36,223 nt of DNA, taken from positions 1 to 36,223 of the forward strand of contig JACPTH010000181.1 of NCBI GenBank assembly GCA_016192885.1, read 5' to 3'. Positions within the stretch are counted from its first letter, which is position 1; each line of letters begins with the position of its first letter. The notes under the pieces were generated by a model. The model did no database searches. It was given only the letters and a program-made list of their open reading frames with translations, and was not told where the DNA came from. Shown here one piece after another: positions 1-7,962 of this stretch. The position numbers were made by a program, and so were the translations under genes. This DNA is from a bacterium. GTDB taxonomy: Bacteria; Muiribacteriota; Ozemobacteria; Ozemobacterales; Ozemobacteraceae.

Positions 1-100
1 AGAAGTAAATTTTAAAATTTTGCGGGATTCCGTGGGTTGGTTCATTTTGAAACCCAACTTTCATGCAAGTTAAGCCACAAAAAAATTGTAAGCGGTCATA

Positions 101-159
101 GGGGTAGAATTCAGAATCCAGAATTCAGCAGTCAGAATGATTGGAGAGTGGTTAGGAAT
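101..159 (+). repeat. 59-nt intergenic repeat, copy A (58/59 identical to 16856-16914)
   Basis: Direct comparison of ggggtagaattcagaatccagaattcagcagtcagaatgattggAgagtggttaggaat with the copy at 16856. There is one mismatch. The core has 7-nt periodicity (tcagaat/ccagaat/tcagcag/tcagaat) and two palindromic gaattc sites able to pair. Confidence 0.85.
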
Positions 160-182
160 CATCTGATTTAAGGTATGTCGAG

Positions 183-1163
183 TTAGCGAGCTCCAATTGT
201 GGAGACCATTACGGCCTTAATGGTGTGGAGACGGTTTTCGGCTTCATCAAAAACTTTGGAAAATTTACTTTCGAAAACCTCGTTAGTAACTTCCATTTCC
301 CCAATCTCTCTTGATACCTCAGTATTATTATTATGAAATGCAGGCAAACAATGCAAAAAGATCGGGTTTTCTTTCCCTGTTTTCTTCATCATTTCAAGAT
401 TGACTTGATAAGGCTTGAGCAGCTTAATGCGTTTTTTGGTTTCCGCCTCTTCCCCCATGCTCATCCAAACATCCGTGTAAATTACATCCGCACCCTTTAC
501 TCCTTTTTCAATTTCTTCGGTGATCAGAATCCCGGATCTTGAATCCTTGGCAAAGTTCATGGAAATATCTACAATTTCTTGAGATGGGAAAAGTTCTTTC
601 GGCGAAATAATTCGAAAATCCATCCCCATTTTCGCGCATCCAACCATCAATGAATTAGCCATATTGTTTCTTCCGTCACCAACATAGGCAAAAGACAACC
701 CATTCAAAGTTCCAAAATGCTCGATTATCGTTAAGAAATCAGCCAGCACTTGGGTCGGGTGATGTTTATCGGTAAGACCATTCCATACCGGAACCCCTGA
801 GAATCTCGCCAAGGTCTCGACCGTTTCGTGTTTATAGCCGCGGAACCCAATACCGTCGAACATCCTTCCTAAAACCCGTGCGGTATCTTCCATCGTCTCC
901 TTTTTACCAACTTGAATGTCATCTTTTCCAAGATACTCCGGGTGTGCGCCTTCGTCATGACAAGCGCAAACAAAGGCGCAGCGAGTACGTGTAGAAGGCT
1001 TTTCAAAAATAAGGGCGATGTTCTTCCCTTCAAGGTTTTTGGGTCTCAAACCTGCTTGTTTTAGCCTTTTAAATTCAGTCGAAAGCTGCAACAAATAGTT
1101 TATCTCTTCTCCCGAAAAATCTTCCAAGGACAAAAAATGGCGCCCACGCAAACTTGCCGTCAT
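183..1163 (-). CDS. argF: ornithine carbamoyltransferase
   Basis: 326-aa ORF with the STRTR carbamoyl-phosphate motif ([11 protein letters not shown]), HPTQ, DVWMSMG and FLHCLPAFH motifs. The ATG is preceded by AGGGAGA. Confidence 0.9.
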   Translation of the reverse strand: MTASLRGRHFLSLEDFSGEEINYLLQLSTEFKRLKQAGLRPKNLEGKNIALIFEKPSTRTRCAFVCACHDEGAHPEYLGKDDIQVGKKETMEDTARVLGRMFDGIGFRGYKHETVETLARFSGVPVWNGLTDKHHPTQVLADFLTIIEHFGTLNGLSFAYVGDGRNNMANSLMVGCAKMGMDFRIISPKELFPSQEIVDISMNFAKDSRSGILITEEIEKGVKGADVIYTDVWMSMGEEAETKKRIKLLKPYQVNLEMMKKTGKENPIFLHCLPAFHNNNTEVSREIGEMEVTNEVFESKFSKVFDEAENRLHTIKAVMVSTIGAR

Positions 1164-1254
1164 AATTTGAATTCTCCCTAAAAGTTAGTTTTACAACTAC
1201 TCCGTTTTTTTATTCTTTTTCCGAAAATGAGGTCAAATTAAAGAAAGAATTGTG

Positions 1255-1890
1255 TTACCCAACTTCTTTTTCTTTGTTTCGAGAAATTCCAAAAGTAATA
1301 AATTTTCTAAACAGCACGAAAAAGAAAATAACCCCTAGACCGCAGAAAAAATAGAACTTGTAAGGTTTTAAAACCTCATGGGCATAAGGGCCGAAACGAA
1401 AACCAAACCAAATTGAAATTGGGCAAGTTAATAGAGTTCTTAGGCCATCCCAGAATAAAAACGTTGAATATTTCGTCTTCATGGATGCGCTAAGAAAAAA
1501 AGTTGCAGCTCGAATTCCGGCAAAAAACCCGGCGAAAAAAACGGTTTTTGACCCGTGCTTCTTAAAATAGTTTCTTCCCTTTTCCAAACGATGGTCGCTG
1601 AATATTAATTTAAAAGGCCAGGTTTTTAAAAGATTTTCGCCGTATTTTTGGGCCAAAAAGAAAAGAAGAGTGTCCCCAAGCAAAACGCCCGAAACCGCAA
1701 GGACGATCATCAATTCAAGGGAACCATCGATTCTATCCACCAGGTAACCGCCTAAAATGAAGGTTACCTCTTCCGGGAGCGGAAGGCCAAGCCCACAAAG
1801 GGTTAAAAGAACAAAAACGATAAGGTACGCGCTGCTCTCTATCCCGACAGGTGAACTATTTACCCAGCTCAACAAAATATTCAATGTCAT
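1255..1890 (-). CDS. DedA/VTT-domain family membrane protein
   Basis: 211-aa polytopic ORF. It has the GLGLPLPEEV motif and the overall layout typical of DedA (SNARE-associated) proteins. Confidence 0.75.
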   Translation of the reverse strand: MTLNILLSWVNSSPVGIESSAYLIVFVLLTLCGLGLPLPEEVTFILGGYLVDRIDGSLELMIVLAVSGVLLGDTLLFFLAQKYGENLLKTWPFKLIFSDHRLEKGRNYFKKHGSKTVFFAGFFAGIRAATFFLSASMKTKYSTFLFWDGLRTLLTCPISIWFGFRFGPYAHEVLKPYKFYFFCGLGVIFFFVLFRKFITFGISRNKEKEVG

Positions 1891-2015
1891 AAATTTAAAA
1901 CCTAGTTAGGAACCTATTTCAAAAAGCATACAAACCCGATTCCCGGTTTTAAGATCGCAGATCTTTTCAAAACTTAATCCGGGAAGTTGAGAACTTTTAG
2001 GAATTTCGATTTCAT

Positions 2016-2438
2016 TTAGGGTTTTCTAGAGCCTTTGTTCCTTTGATCGACATCCGCCGAATTCCCTTCACTTTTATAGGAAAGCGCAATCATTTGCGCG
2101 CCAGATTGCATCATTTGCGTAATGATTGTTGAAGCAATAATGCATAGTAAAACGAAAAAAAGAAACGCAAGTATATTAGCAACGGGGTATTTTTTTCCAT
2201 TTATTTCAACATCAAATTCTCTTTCCCCTACTAACGTGGCAAGCGCTTTAAACGCGGTTTGAAATTCCTGGGTAACTGTAATGCTTCCGTAAACCAGGTA
2301 AAAAAGCTTTATGGAAAAAATCACCCCCAAGACCACAACGACCACTCCCGCTCCAAGGGTGAGAATTCTTCCCATAGTTTGAAGTATGTCAATAACGTTA
2401 ATTTGGGGGGATTCAAATTGTTTCTTTTCTTCTTGCAT
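2016..2438 (-). CDS. hypothetical small membrane protein (two predicted TM segments)
   Basis: The ORF track gives 2016-2495 starting at GTG. An internal ATG at 2438 has a GGAGA 7 nt upstream and is the more likely start. Hydrophobic stretches are LTLGAGVVVVVLGVIF and ILAFLFFVLLCIIASTII. No family was recognised. Confidence 0.45.
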   Translation of the reverse strand: MQEEKKQFESPQINVIDILQTMGRILTLGAGVVVVVLGVIFSIKLFYLVYGSITVTQEFQTAFKALATLVGEREFDVEINGKKYPVANILAFLFFVLLCIIASTIITQMMQSGAQMIALSYKSEGNSADVDQRNKGSRKP

Positions 2439-2576
2439 AAACCATTCTCCGAAGTAAATTCCTTTTATATGATACCACAAACGGGAATTAGACACTTGGA
2501 TGTTCTTGATCGCCTACAAATTGCTATCATGTTAGAATAAAAAAAGGTACCGTTCACCTTGCAGGGGGTAACAATA

Positions 2577-3608
2577 ATGTTGAGATTGCAAAAAAATGGA
2601 AACTTCAACAAAATAAGAGAATTGAAAACAATTTTTCTAGTTTCCTATTTTACATTCATTTTCATTGGTTCCCTTGTTGCTCAGGATTTTCCAGAAAGCA
2701 CATCTGAAGAACCTTACAATATGGATGTTAATTACGGAAATCAACCTACCGAAGAGGCGATTCCCGCCCCTCCACCCAAACCACCACCCCCTCCCGCCTC
2801 TATAAGAATGGCCCAAAAAGTTGTGATGATCGGAAGGGTCCCTTATATGAGCGTTAAAGAGATGATGGGGCACGTCAAGACTCTTCTAGGATATCTGCGC
2901 AAGGAAATGGGGGTAAAAGAAGTTCGCCTGGTTACCTCCAAAGACTATGCCGGAATTTTGGAAGCCCTATCGCGGGGAACCATCGATTTCGCTTGGCTTG
3001 GGCCCACAGCCTACGTTCTTGGTAAGGAAAAGAATGCAATGATTCCCCTTGCCAAGACCAAATTACGCTCCGGTTCAAGTTACCGAGGCGTCTTCATCGC
3101 AAGAAAAGATAGCCAAATTCTAGGAATTGAAGACATCAAGGGAAAGGTTATGGGTTTTGTTGATCCTGAATCCGCAAGCGGATATCTTTATCCCCTTTAC
3201 ATTTTGAAGCGATCCAAAATAAATCCCTTTAAAGACTGCAAAAAGGTTGAGTTTTTGAAAAAGCATGATTTGGTTCTTTCCGCCGTGCTTGAAAAGAGAA
3301 TTGACGCCGGAGTTTGCCTTGAAGATACCTTGGGAACCTTGAAAGACAAAACCCTACTGGAACAAATAATGATTTTAGGAAAAACCGACCCGGTTCCGTC
3401 CGATGTGATTGCATGCCGGGAAGATTGCCCATTAAACCTTCGAGAAAAATTCAAGGAGACTCTTTTGAAAATAAAGGGAAATCCTCAATCTGAAAAGGGC
3501 GCCGGTGCGGGTGAAAAACTCTCCGAGTTTCTTCCCGTTTCAGATGAGGAGTTTAACTCGGTTCGGGATGTTTTGAGAGCGATTGGAGATATCATTCAAA
3601 AGAAATGA
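2577..3608 (+). CDS. PhnD-like (phosphonate/phosphite-type) periplasmic substrate-binding protein, membrane-anchored, orphan
   Basis: The DFAWLGPTAYVL and GFVDPESASGYLYP motifs resemble the PhnD SBP family. The N-terminus has a TM anchor followed by PAPPPKPPPPPA. The ATG at 2577 has AGGGGG 8 nt upstream. No ABC permease or ATPase gene lies nearby. Confidence 0.65.
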   Translation: MLRLQKNGNFNKIRELKTIFLVSYFTFIFIGSLVAQDFPESTSEEPYNMDVNYGNQPTEEAIPAPPPKPPPPPASIRMAQKVVMIGRVPYMSVKEMMGHVKTLLGYLRKEMGVKEVRLVTSKDYAGILEALSRGTIDFAWLGPTAYVLGKEKNAMIPLAKTKLRSGSSYRGVFIARKDSQILGIEDIKGKVMGFVDPESASGYLYPLYILKRSKINPFKDCKKVEFLKKHDLVLSAVLEKRIDAGVCLEDTLGTLKDKTLLEQIMILGKTDPVPSDVIACREDCPLNLREKFKETLLKIKGNPQSEKGAGAGEKLSEFLPVSDEEFNSVRDVLRAIGDIIQKK

Positions 3609-3647
3609 ATGAAAAAACTCACGTTTTCCCTGATTTCATTTCAAAAA

Positions 3648-3676
3648 TTGAATTTTTTTTACTTTTGAAGTAATAA
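3648..3676 (+). promoter_or_regulatory. candidate sigma70-type promoter for the 3722-12028 operon
   Basis: TTGAAT (3648-3653), an exact 17-nt T-rich spacer, then TAATAA (3671-3676). It lies about 45 nt upstream of the first ORF. Confidence 0.35.
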
Positions 3677-3721
3677 TCTTTCAAGGTTGTTTTTTACTTA
3701 CTTACGCGATTTTTTTTCTCC

Positions 3722-4318
3722 ATGAAGGAATCATTAATGGATGCAACAGGTGTCGGAAATGAATCCGAAAAAGATTATCAACTTCTGTTTTGGTGTTTAT
3801 TAGTCGTTTTAGAGCTCGGAATAATTGCCCATCTAACCGAATTTAGGCTGGTAATGCTTTTGACCCTCATTCTTTTCCGACCTTTTAAAGCCTCTTTAGG
3901 AATGGAGATTGACCCAAACCCAGAGACCCCTCAGGAGAAAACATCTTCCATGGCTTCCCAGCCTTCTCATACGCTCCACGATTCGGCCATAAATTCCGAA
4001 AAGAGCCATTTTTCGCTTCTTTTCGAAGGCAACTCGAACCCGATTAGCCTTCAACTTGGGCAAAAAATCAAGAGCCCCATAAATAAATCAGGAAGCTTCA
4101 ATGAACAAACCGGTTTTATGGCTGAAGTTACCCACAAACCGGATGACAAATCAGTTTTAGGGTTAAAGAACATTAGCGAGAAAGAGTGGGTTGTCCAACT
4201 TCCCTCTGGAGAATGCCGAGTTTCTCCCCAAAAATCTGTCGCCCTTGCCCCGGAAATGAAAATTGATTTCGGGGATTGTAAGGGGTCGATCCATCCCTCA
4301 ACCGATACCGGAGATTGA
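3722..4318 (+). CDS. hypothetical protein, hydrophobic N-terminus plus beta-rich C-terminal module (operon gene 1)
   Basis: 198-aa ORF. An alternative ATG at 3737 has AAGGA upstream. The stop (4316-4318) lies 2 nt before the next ATG. The C-terminal pattern VLGLKNISEKEWVVQLPSGECRVSPQKSVALAPEMKIDFG suggests a small beta-sandwich or FHA-like binding module, which is unverified. Confidence 0.5.
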   Translation: MKESLMDATGVGNESEKDYQLLFWCLLVVLELGIIAHLTEFRLVMLLTLILFRPFKASLGMEIDPNPETPQEKTSSMASQPSHTLHDSAINSEKSHFSLLFEGNSNPISLQLGQKIKSPINKSGSFNEQTGFMAEVTHKPDDKSVLGLKNISEKEWVVQLPSGECRVSPQKSVALAPEMKIDFGDCKGSIHPSTDTGD

Positions 4319-4320
4319 AT

Positions 4321-7083
4321 ATGGAAAAAATCGAGTTTATTGCCGCAACCGGAATTTCATTCTATTCTCCATCCCAAAACGCCAGAATCCCTGAATCTAT
4401 CTTGGAAAGAAAGCAGAGCTTTCGAATATTAAGAAATGAGAAAGGTCAAATTACGATTCAATTTGGGACAATGCCTTTAGAAAAAGTTGAAAATCCGCCG
4501 GAAAATGGCTTAACCGATATTGGTCAAATTTCAATCAAATTTCAAGACGCTCTAAATGCTTGTTTGCGTAAGTGGATACCTCTTCCCTATGCGAGAAAAA
4601 ACCCCGAACGGTCGACGCCTTCAAAAAGCAATGACTGGATTAGGTTTTGGTTAAGCCGTCCCCCTCTTTCAAATGAAGATACCGCGTTTCGAATTGTTTT
4701 CTCCGTCGATACTTCAATTCAGCCGTTTGTTCCGCAATCAGATCAACCGAAAGATTGTCTCGGTTTTTTTTCCGATGATATAGGCTTTGCTTTCGAACCT
4801 AACATAGGTTCCACAAGCTTTTGGCAATCATCCACTCTTTTTACTTGGATTCAATCAATTTTCAAGCAAGTCCCCACCGAGGGATTTGAAAAAGCTCCTC
4901 CTTCAGCTATCTCCATGGCCGCATTCATGACTTTTGTTGAAGGTTTAAGATCGGCGGATCTTCTTCCGGAAGTCACAATGATGCGCGCGGAAGGGCAACC
5001 AGTTGAAGCGCATCTTATCCTTGATCTTGGAAACAGCCGTGCATGCGGAATTTTAGCGGAATGTGAACCCGGGCAGCCTATCAGCCTCGATGAATGTAAT
5101 AAATTGGAGATTCGTGACTTAAGCCGCCCTACCGAATTATACACGGAGCCGTTCGATACCAGTTTCAAATTCCAACCTCCATTGTTTTTCTCGCCCGATA
5201 ATCCAATTCCTCATGTGGGAACAGGTTTCCGATGGCCAAGCATTGTTAGACTTGGGCAGGAAGCCGCCCAGATGGAACCGGTAGAAATCGGTGAAACCGG
5301 GATGTCCAGCCCCAAACGCTACTTATGGGATGATCGTCAAAAGCCGTACCCATGGTACTTTAATCTTCCGGATGACGGATTAGGAAAGAAAATTTCCGCT
5401 CCATTTCTGAAAAATTTGGATGACAGCGGGAATTTTTTGGGAAATGAAGGGCGTCCGCCGTTTGAACCATGTTACCCCCCAAATTCAATGATGACCTTTC
5501 TAATTTTGGAAATACTAAATCATGCGTACGCGCAAATAAATTCTTATTCATATCGAAAATTTCGAGGAATCAGGCAAGCGAAACGAATTCTGAAAAGCCT
5601 TGTAATTACTACGCCCTGCGCCATGTCCGAGCCTGAGAAACAAATCTATCGTCAAAGAGTACAATCCGCGATTGATATCTATTTTCACTCCTGCAAATTA
5701 CCGGTAGATGGCAAACCTCAGCTTTTTCTCGATTTTGATGAAGCCACCAGCGTTCAACTTACTTATTTGTACGGAGAGGTTAAGCATCGCTTTCTTGGAG
5801 AAACAAAGCACGCCATCTCAACCCTAGGTAAGGAAAGAACCGCATCGAACGGAAACCGCGAAACGAATTTGCGCGTCGCAAGCATCGATATCGGGGGGGG
5901 GACAACCGATTTGATGATAGCGGAATATTATTCTCCGGATCATGGACTATCCGGATTATACCAAAAAATGCTTTTCTCCGAGGGTTTTTCCATCGCGGGT
6001 GACGAGATTGCAAAACGAATAATTGAAAAAATTGTATTAAAAAGAGTCTACGACTTCGCGAAAGAAAAAAATGCCTCATTGGCCTGGGAAGAATTTCAGG
6101 GCTTCTGGGGGCCAAGCAAAGGCGGAAGAGACAAAAAATTCCTGGATGACAAGGCCGAAATTTGTAGGCAAGTTTGGATCCCCATGGCGCATAAACACCT
6201 TGAATTTGCCGAACTTGATCTTGACGAACCCATTCTTGAGTTGACTTTTGATAAATTTTTCCCGCGGCGCCTTCCAGGCGGAAACATCCTGGATTTCTTT
6301 GCGAGACATTTGAAACAGGAGTTCGGATGCGATATTACCCTCACGGAAATTCCATGGGTTCTTTCAAAACGCAAAATCAACGCCGTGGTTTCAAATGTGA
6401 TGGAAAACATTTTGCGAATTTTTTCGGAAGTGATTTCCCAATTCGACTGTGATGTCATTATTCTCGGGGGAAAACCATCTTCCTTGCCCGTTATCAGGGA
6501 ATTATTGGTTCGATTTATGCCCGTTCAGCCTGGTAACATTATTGGGTTGAAGGGTTTTTCCGTAGGAAGCTGGTATCCGTTTTCCCAAAAAGGCGGGGGG
6601 ATTTCCGACCCCAAAACCGCTTGTGTCGTAGGGGCCGCGGTGTGGCTTTTCGCTGAAAAGCTAAACAACTTAGACGGGCTAAGCTTAAAGACCGACCGAT
6701 CTCGAATTGTCGGCCAGGAATGTTTTATCGGCCCGTTTAACCCTGAGGCCATGACCCTAAAACAAAAATTGTTTCCAAACCCCAACAACCAAGAAGTCCC
6801 ATTTTCTCTTACAAAGCCGGTGTTTTTGGGAAGCAGGCGCATTGATTCTGATGTTTGCACAGTAAACCCCGTTTGGGAGTTAAGTTTAGATTTAAAAAAT
6901 CTAAAATCCCAGGGTCCCTTTACGGTTTACCTTAACCAAGACCCGAATTCAAAACAAAAAATTAGCCTATCTCGAATTGAAGACGAAACAAAGCAATCTC
7001 TTGATCTAAAAAAAGCGACATTGCGGCTTCGGTCCATGGTGACAGACCAGTATTGGCTTGATTCGGGCAGTTTTGACCTTTAA
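4321..7083 (+). CDS. SrfB-like large ATPase with Hsp70/actin (ASKHA) fold (operon gene 2)
   Basis: The ORF track starts at TTG 4315. ATG 4321 is the more likely start. ASKHA signatures are phosphate-1 LILDLGNSRACG (5023-5037 = DLGNS), phosphate-2 SIDIGGGTTDLMIAEY (5887-5910) and an adenosine-type motif DVIILGGKPSSLPVIRELL (6451-6507). Its size and its neighbourhood with a SrfC-type P-loop protein fit the SrfB family. Confidence 0.8.
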   Translation: MEKIEFIAATGISFYSPSQNARIPESILERKQSFRILRNEKGQITIQFGTMPLEKVENPPENGLTDIGQISIKFQDALNACLRKWIPLPYARKNPERSTPSKSNDWIRFWLSRPPLSNEDTAFRIVFSVDTSIQPFVPQSDQPKDCLGFFSDDIGFAFEPNIGSTSFWQSSTLFTWIQSIFKQVPTEGFEKAPPSAISMAAFMTFVEGLRSADLLPEVTMMRAEGQPVEAHLILDLGNSRACGILAECEPGQPISLDECNKLEIRDLSRPTELYTEPFDTSFKFQPPLFFSPDNPIPHVGTGFRWPSIVRLGQEAAQMEPVEIGETGMSSPKRYLWDDRQKPYPWYFNLPDDGLGKKISAPFLKNLDDSGNFLGNEGRPPFEPCYPPNSMMTFLILEILNHAYAQINSYSYRKFRGIRQAKRILKSLVITTPCAMSEPEKQIYRQRVQSAIDIYFHSCKLPVDGKPQLFLDFDEATSVQLTYLYGEVKHRFLGETKHAISTLGKERTASNGNRETNLRVASIDIGGGTTDLMIAEYYSPDHGLSGLYQKMLFSEGFSIAGDEIAKRIIEKIVLKRVYDFAKEKNASLAWEEFQGFWGPSKGGRDKKFLDDKAEICRQVWIPMAHKHLEFAELDLDEPILELTFDKFFPRRLPGGNILDFFARHLKQEFGCDITLTEIPWVLSKRKINAVVSNVMENILRIFSEVISQFDCDVIILGGKPSSLPVIRELLVRFMPVQPGNIIGLKGFSVGSWYPFSQKGGGISDPKTACVVGAAVWLFAEKLNNLDGLSLKTDRSRIVGQECFIGPFNPEAMTLKQKLFPNPNNQEVPFSLTKPVFLGSRRIDSDVCTVNPVWELSLDLKNLKSQGPFTVYLNQDPNSKQKISLSRIEDETKQSLDLKKATLRLRSMVTDQYWLDSGSFDL

Positions 7084-7096
7084 GAGGAACTTGAGC

Positions 7097-7918
7097 ATGA
7101 CTGAAAATGAGAACTTTATCAACTTACCCCCATTCAAGGAAAAGAAAGAAGAGAAAAATGCTCAATCAGATTCTTCCGCCCTAATTTGGGACTCCTCCGC
7201 TTCGAAAAGTTGCGCCGGATCCGCGATTCCGACTTCCCTTCCGCCCGCTCAATCTGAAAACCTTGAAAACCAAATCCTATCTTTTGAAGAAATAAAGGAT
7301 TTGAGAATCCTTCTTTCTCATTTCTCAGCCACGATAAAAAATGTTCGCCAAATTTGTAGAGAACAAATTGTTTCAAATGTTGATGTTTCTCAAAAGCCTG
7401 CAGAATCTTCTGTAATTCCGCTTCCCACGCCAAAAATATCTCCAAATTTAAAAGAAGAGCTAATAGCTTTATGGAAGAAGTTTCCGGTAAAACCGTCTGA
7501 AAAAGATTTTGGAGCGAACCTCTTAACCATTTTGAATGGAATTCCGGAAAAGCCGCACTTTTCAAGAATTTTCCACGCAGTTTCATCTGTTTTTCCCATC
7601 CAAAATTTTCTTCGACACGCTACACCGGAACAAAAAGTTTTTACTCTAATCGTTCTCACCGACCGATTTCTTTCACTTTTAACCGAAATACAGTTCGAAG
7701 GTCGCAATACGCTTTTGAAAACCATTTCTCGCTTTTGCTCGGATGTTTCAGAAGGTTACTCCTTTTTTCAGCACGAGGGCGAACCCATCGAAATTCAGTA
7801 TTACGAAAGAGTTGAAGGATCAAATTCATCAAGCCGGGTTATCAAAGAGATGCATGGTTTTGTAGTCATCAACAAAAAGACCGGAAACGTTTTTCGCATG
7901 GGTCGGGCAATGACGTGA
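7097..7918 (+). CDS. hypothetical protein, C-terminal half possibly GrpE-like (operon gene 3)
   Basis: ATG 7097 has AAGAGGA upstream, while the ORF track starts at 7058 inside the previous gene. C-terminal pattern: LIVLTDRFLSLLTE ... EGYSFFQHEGEPIEIQYYERVE ... VIKEMHGFVVINKKTGNVFRMGRAMT. It resembles the GrpE helix plus beta-domain (LLPViDsLdrAl ... Gve.i...G..fDP..H.av ... V..v.qkGY.l..r.lRpA.V.V). Confidence 0.6.
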   Translation: MTENENFINLPPFKEKKEEKNAQSDSSALIWDSSASKSCAGSAIPTSLPPAQSENLENQILSFEEIKDLRILLSHFSATIKNVRQICREQIVSNVDVSQKPAESSVIPLPTPKISPNLKEELIALWKKFPVKPSEKDFGANLLTILNGIPEKPHFSRIFHAVSSVFPIQNFLRHATPEQKVFTLIVLTDRFLSLLTEIQFEGRNTLLKTISRFCSDVSEGYSFFQHEGEPIEIQYYERVEGSNSSSRVIKEMHGFVVINKKTGNVFRMGRAMT

Positions 7919-7925
7919 TTTTTTT

Positions 7926-7957
7926 AGAAGTTAGAAGTTAGAAGATAGAAGATAGAT
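7926..7957 (+). repeat. tandem heptamer repeat (agaagtt x2, agaagat x2, agat) in the gene3-gene4 spacer
   Basis: Read directly: agaagttagaagttagaagatagaagatagat. It fills most of the 44-nt intergenic gap. Confidence 0.8.
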
Positions 7958-7962
7958 TAAAA

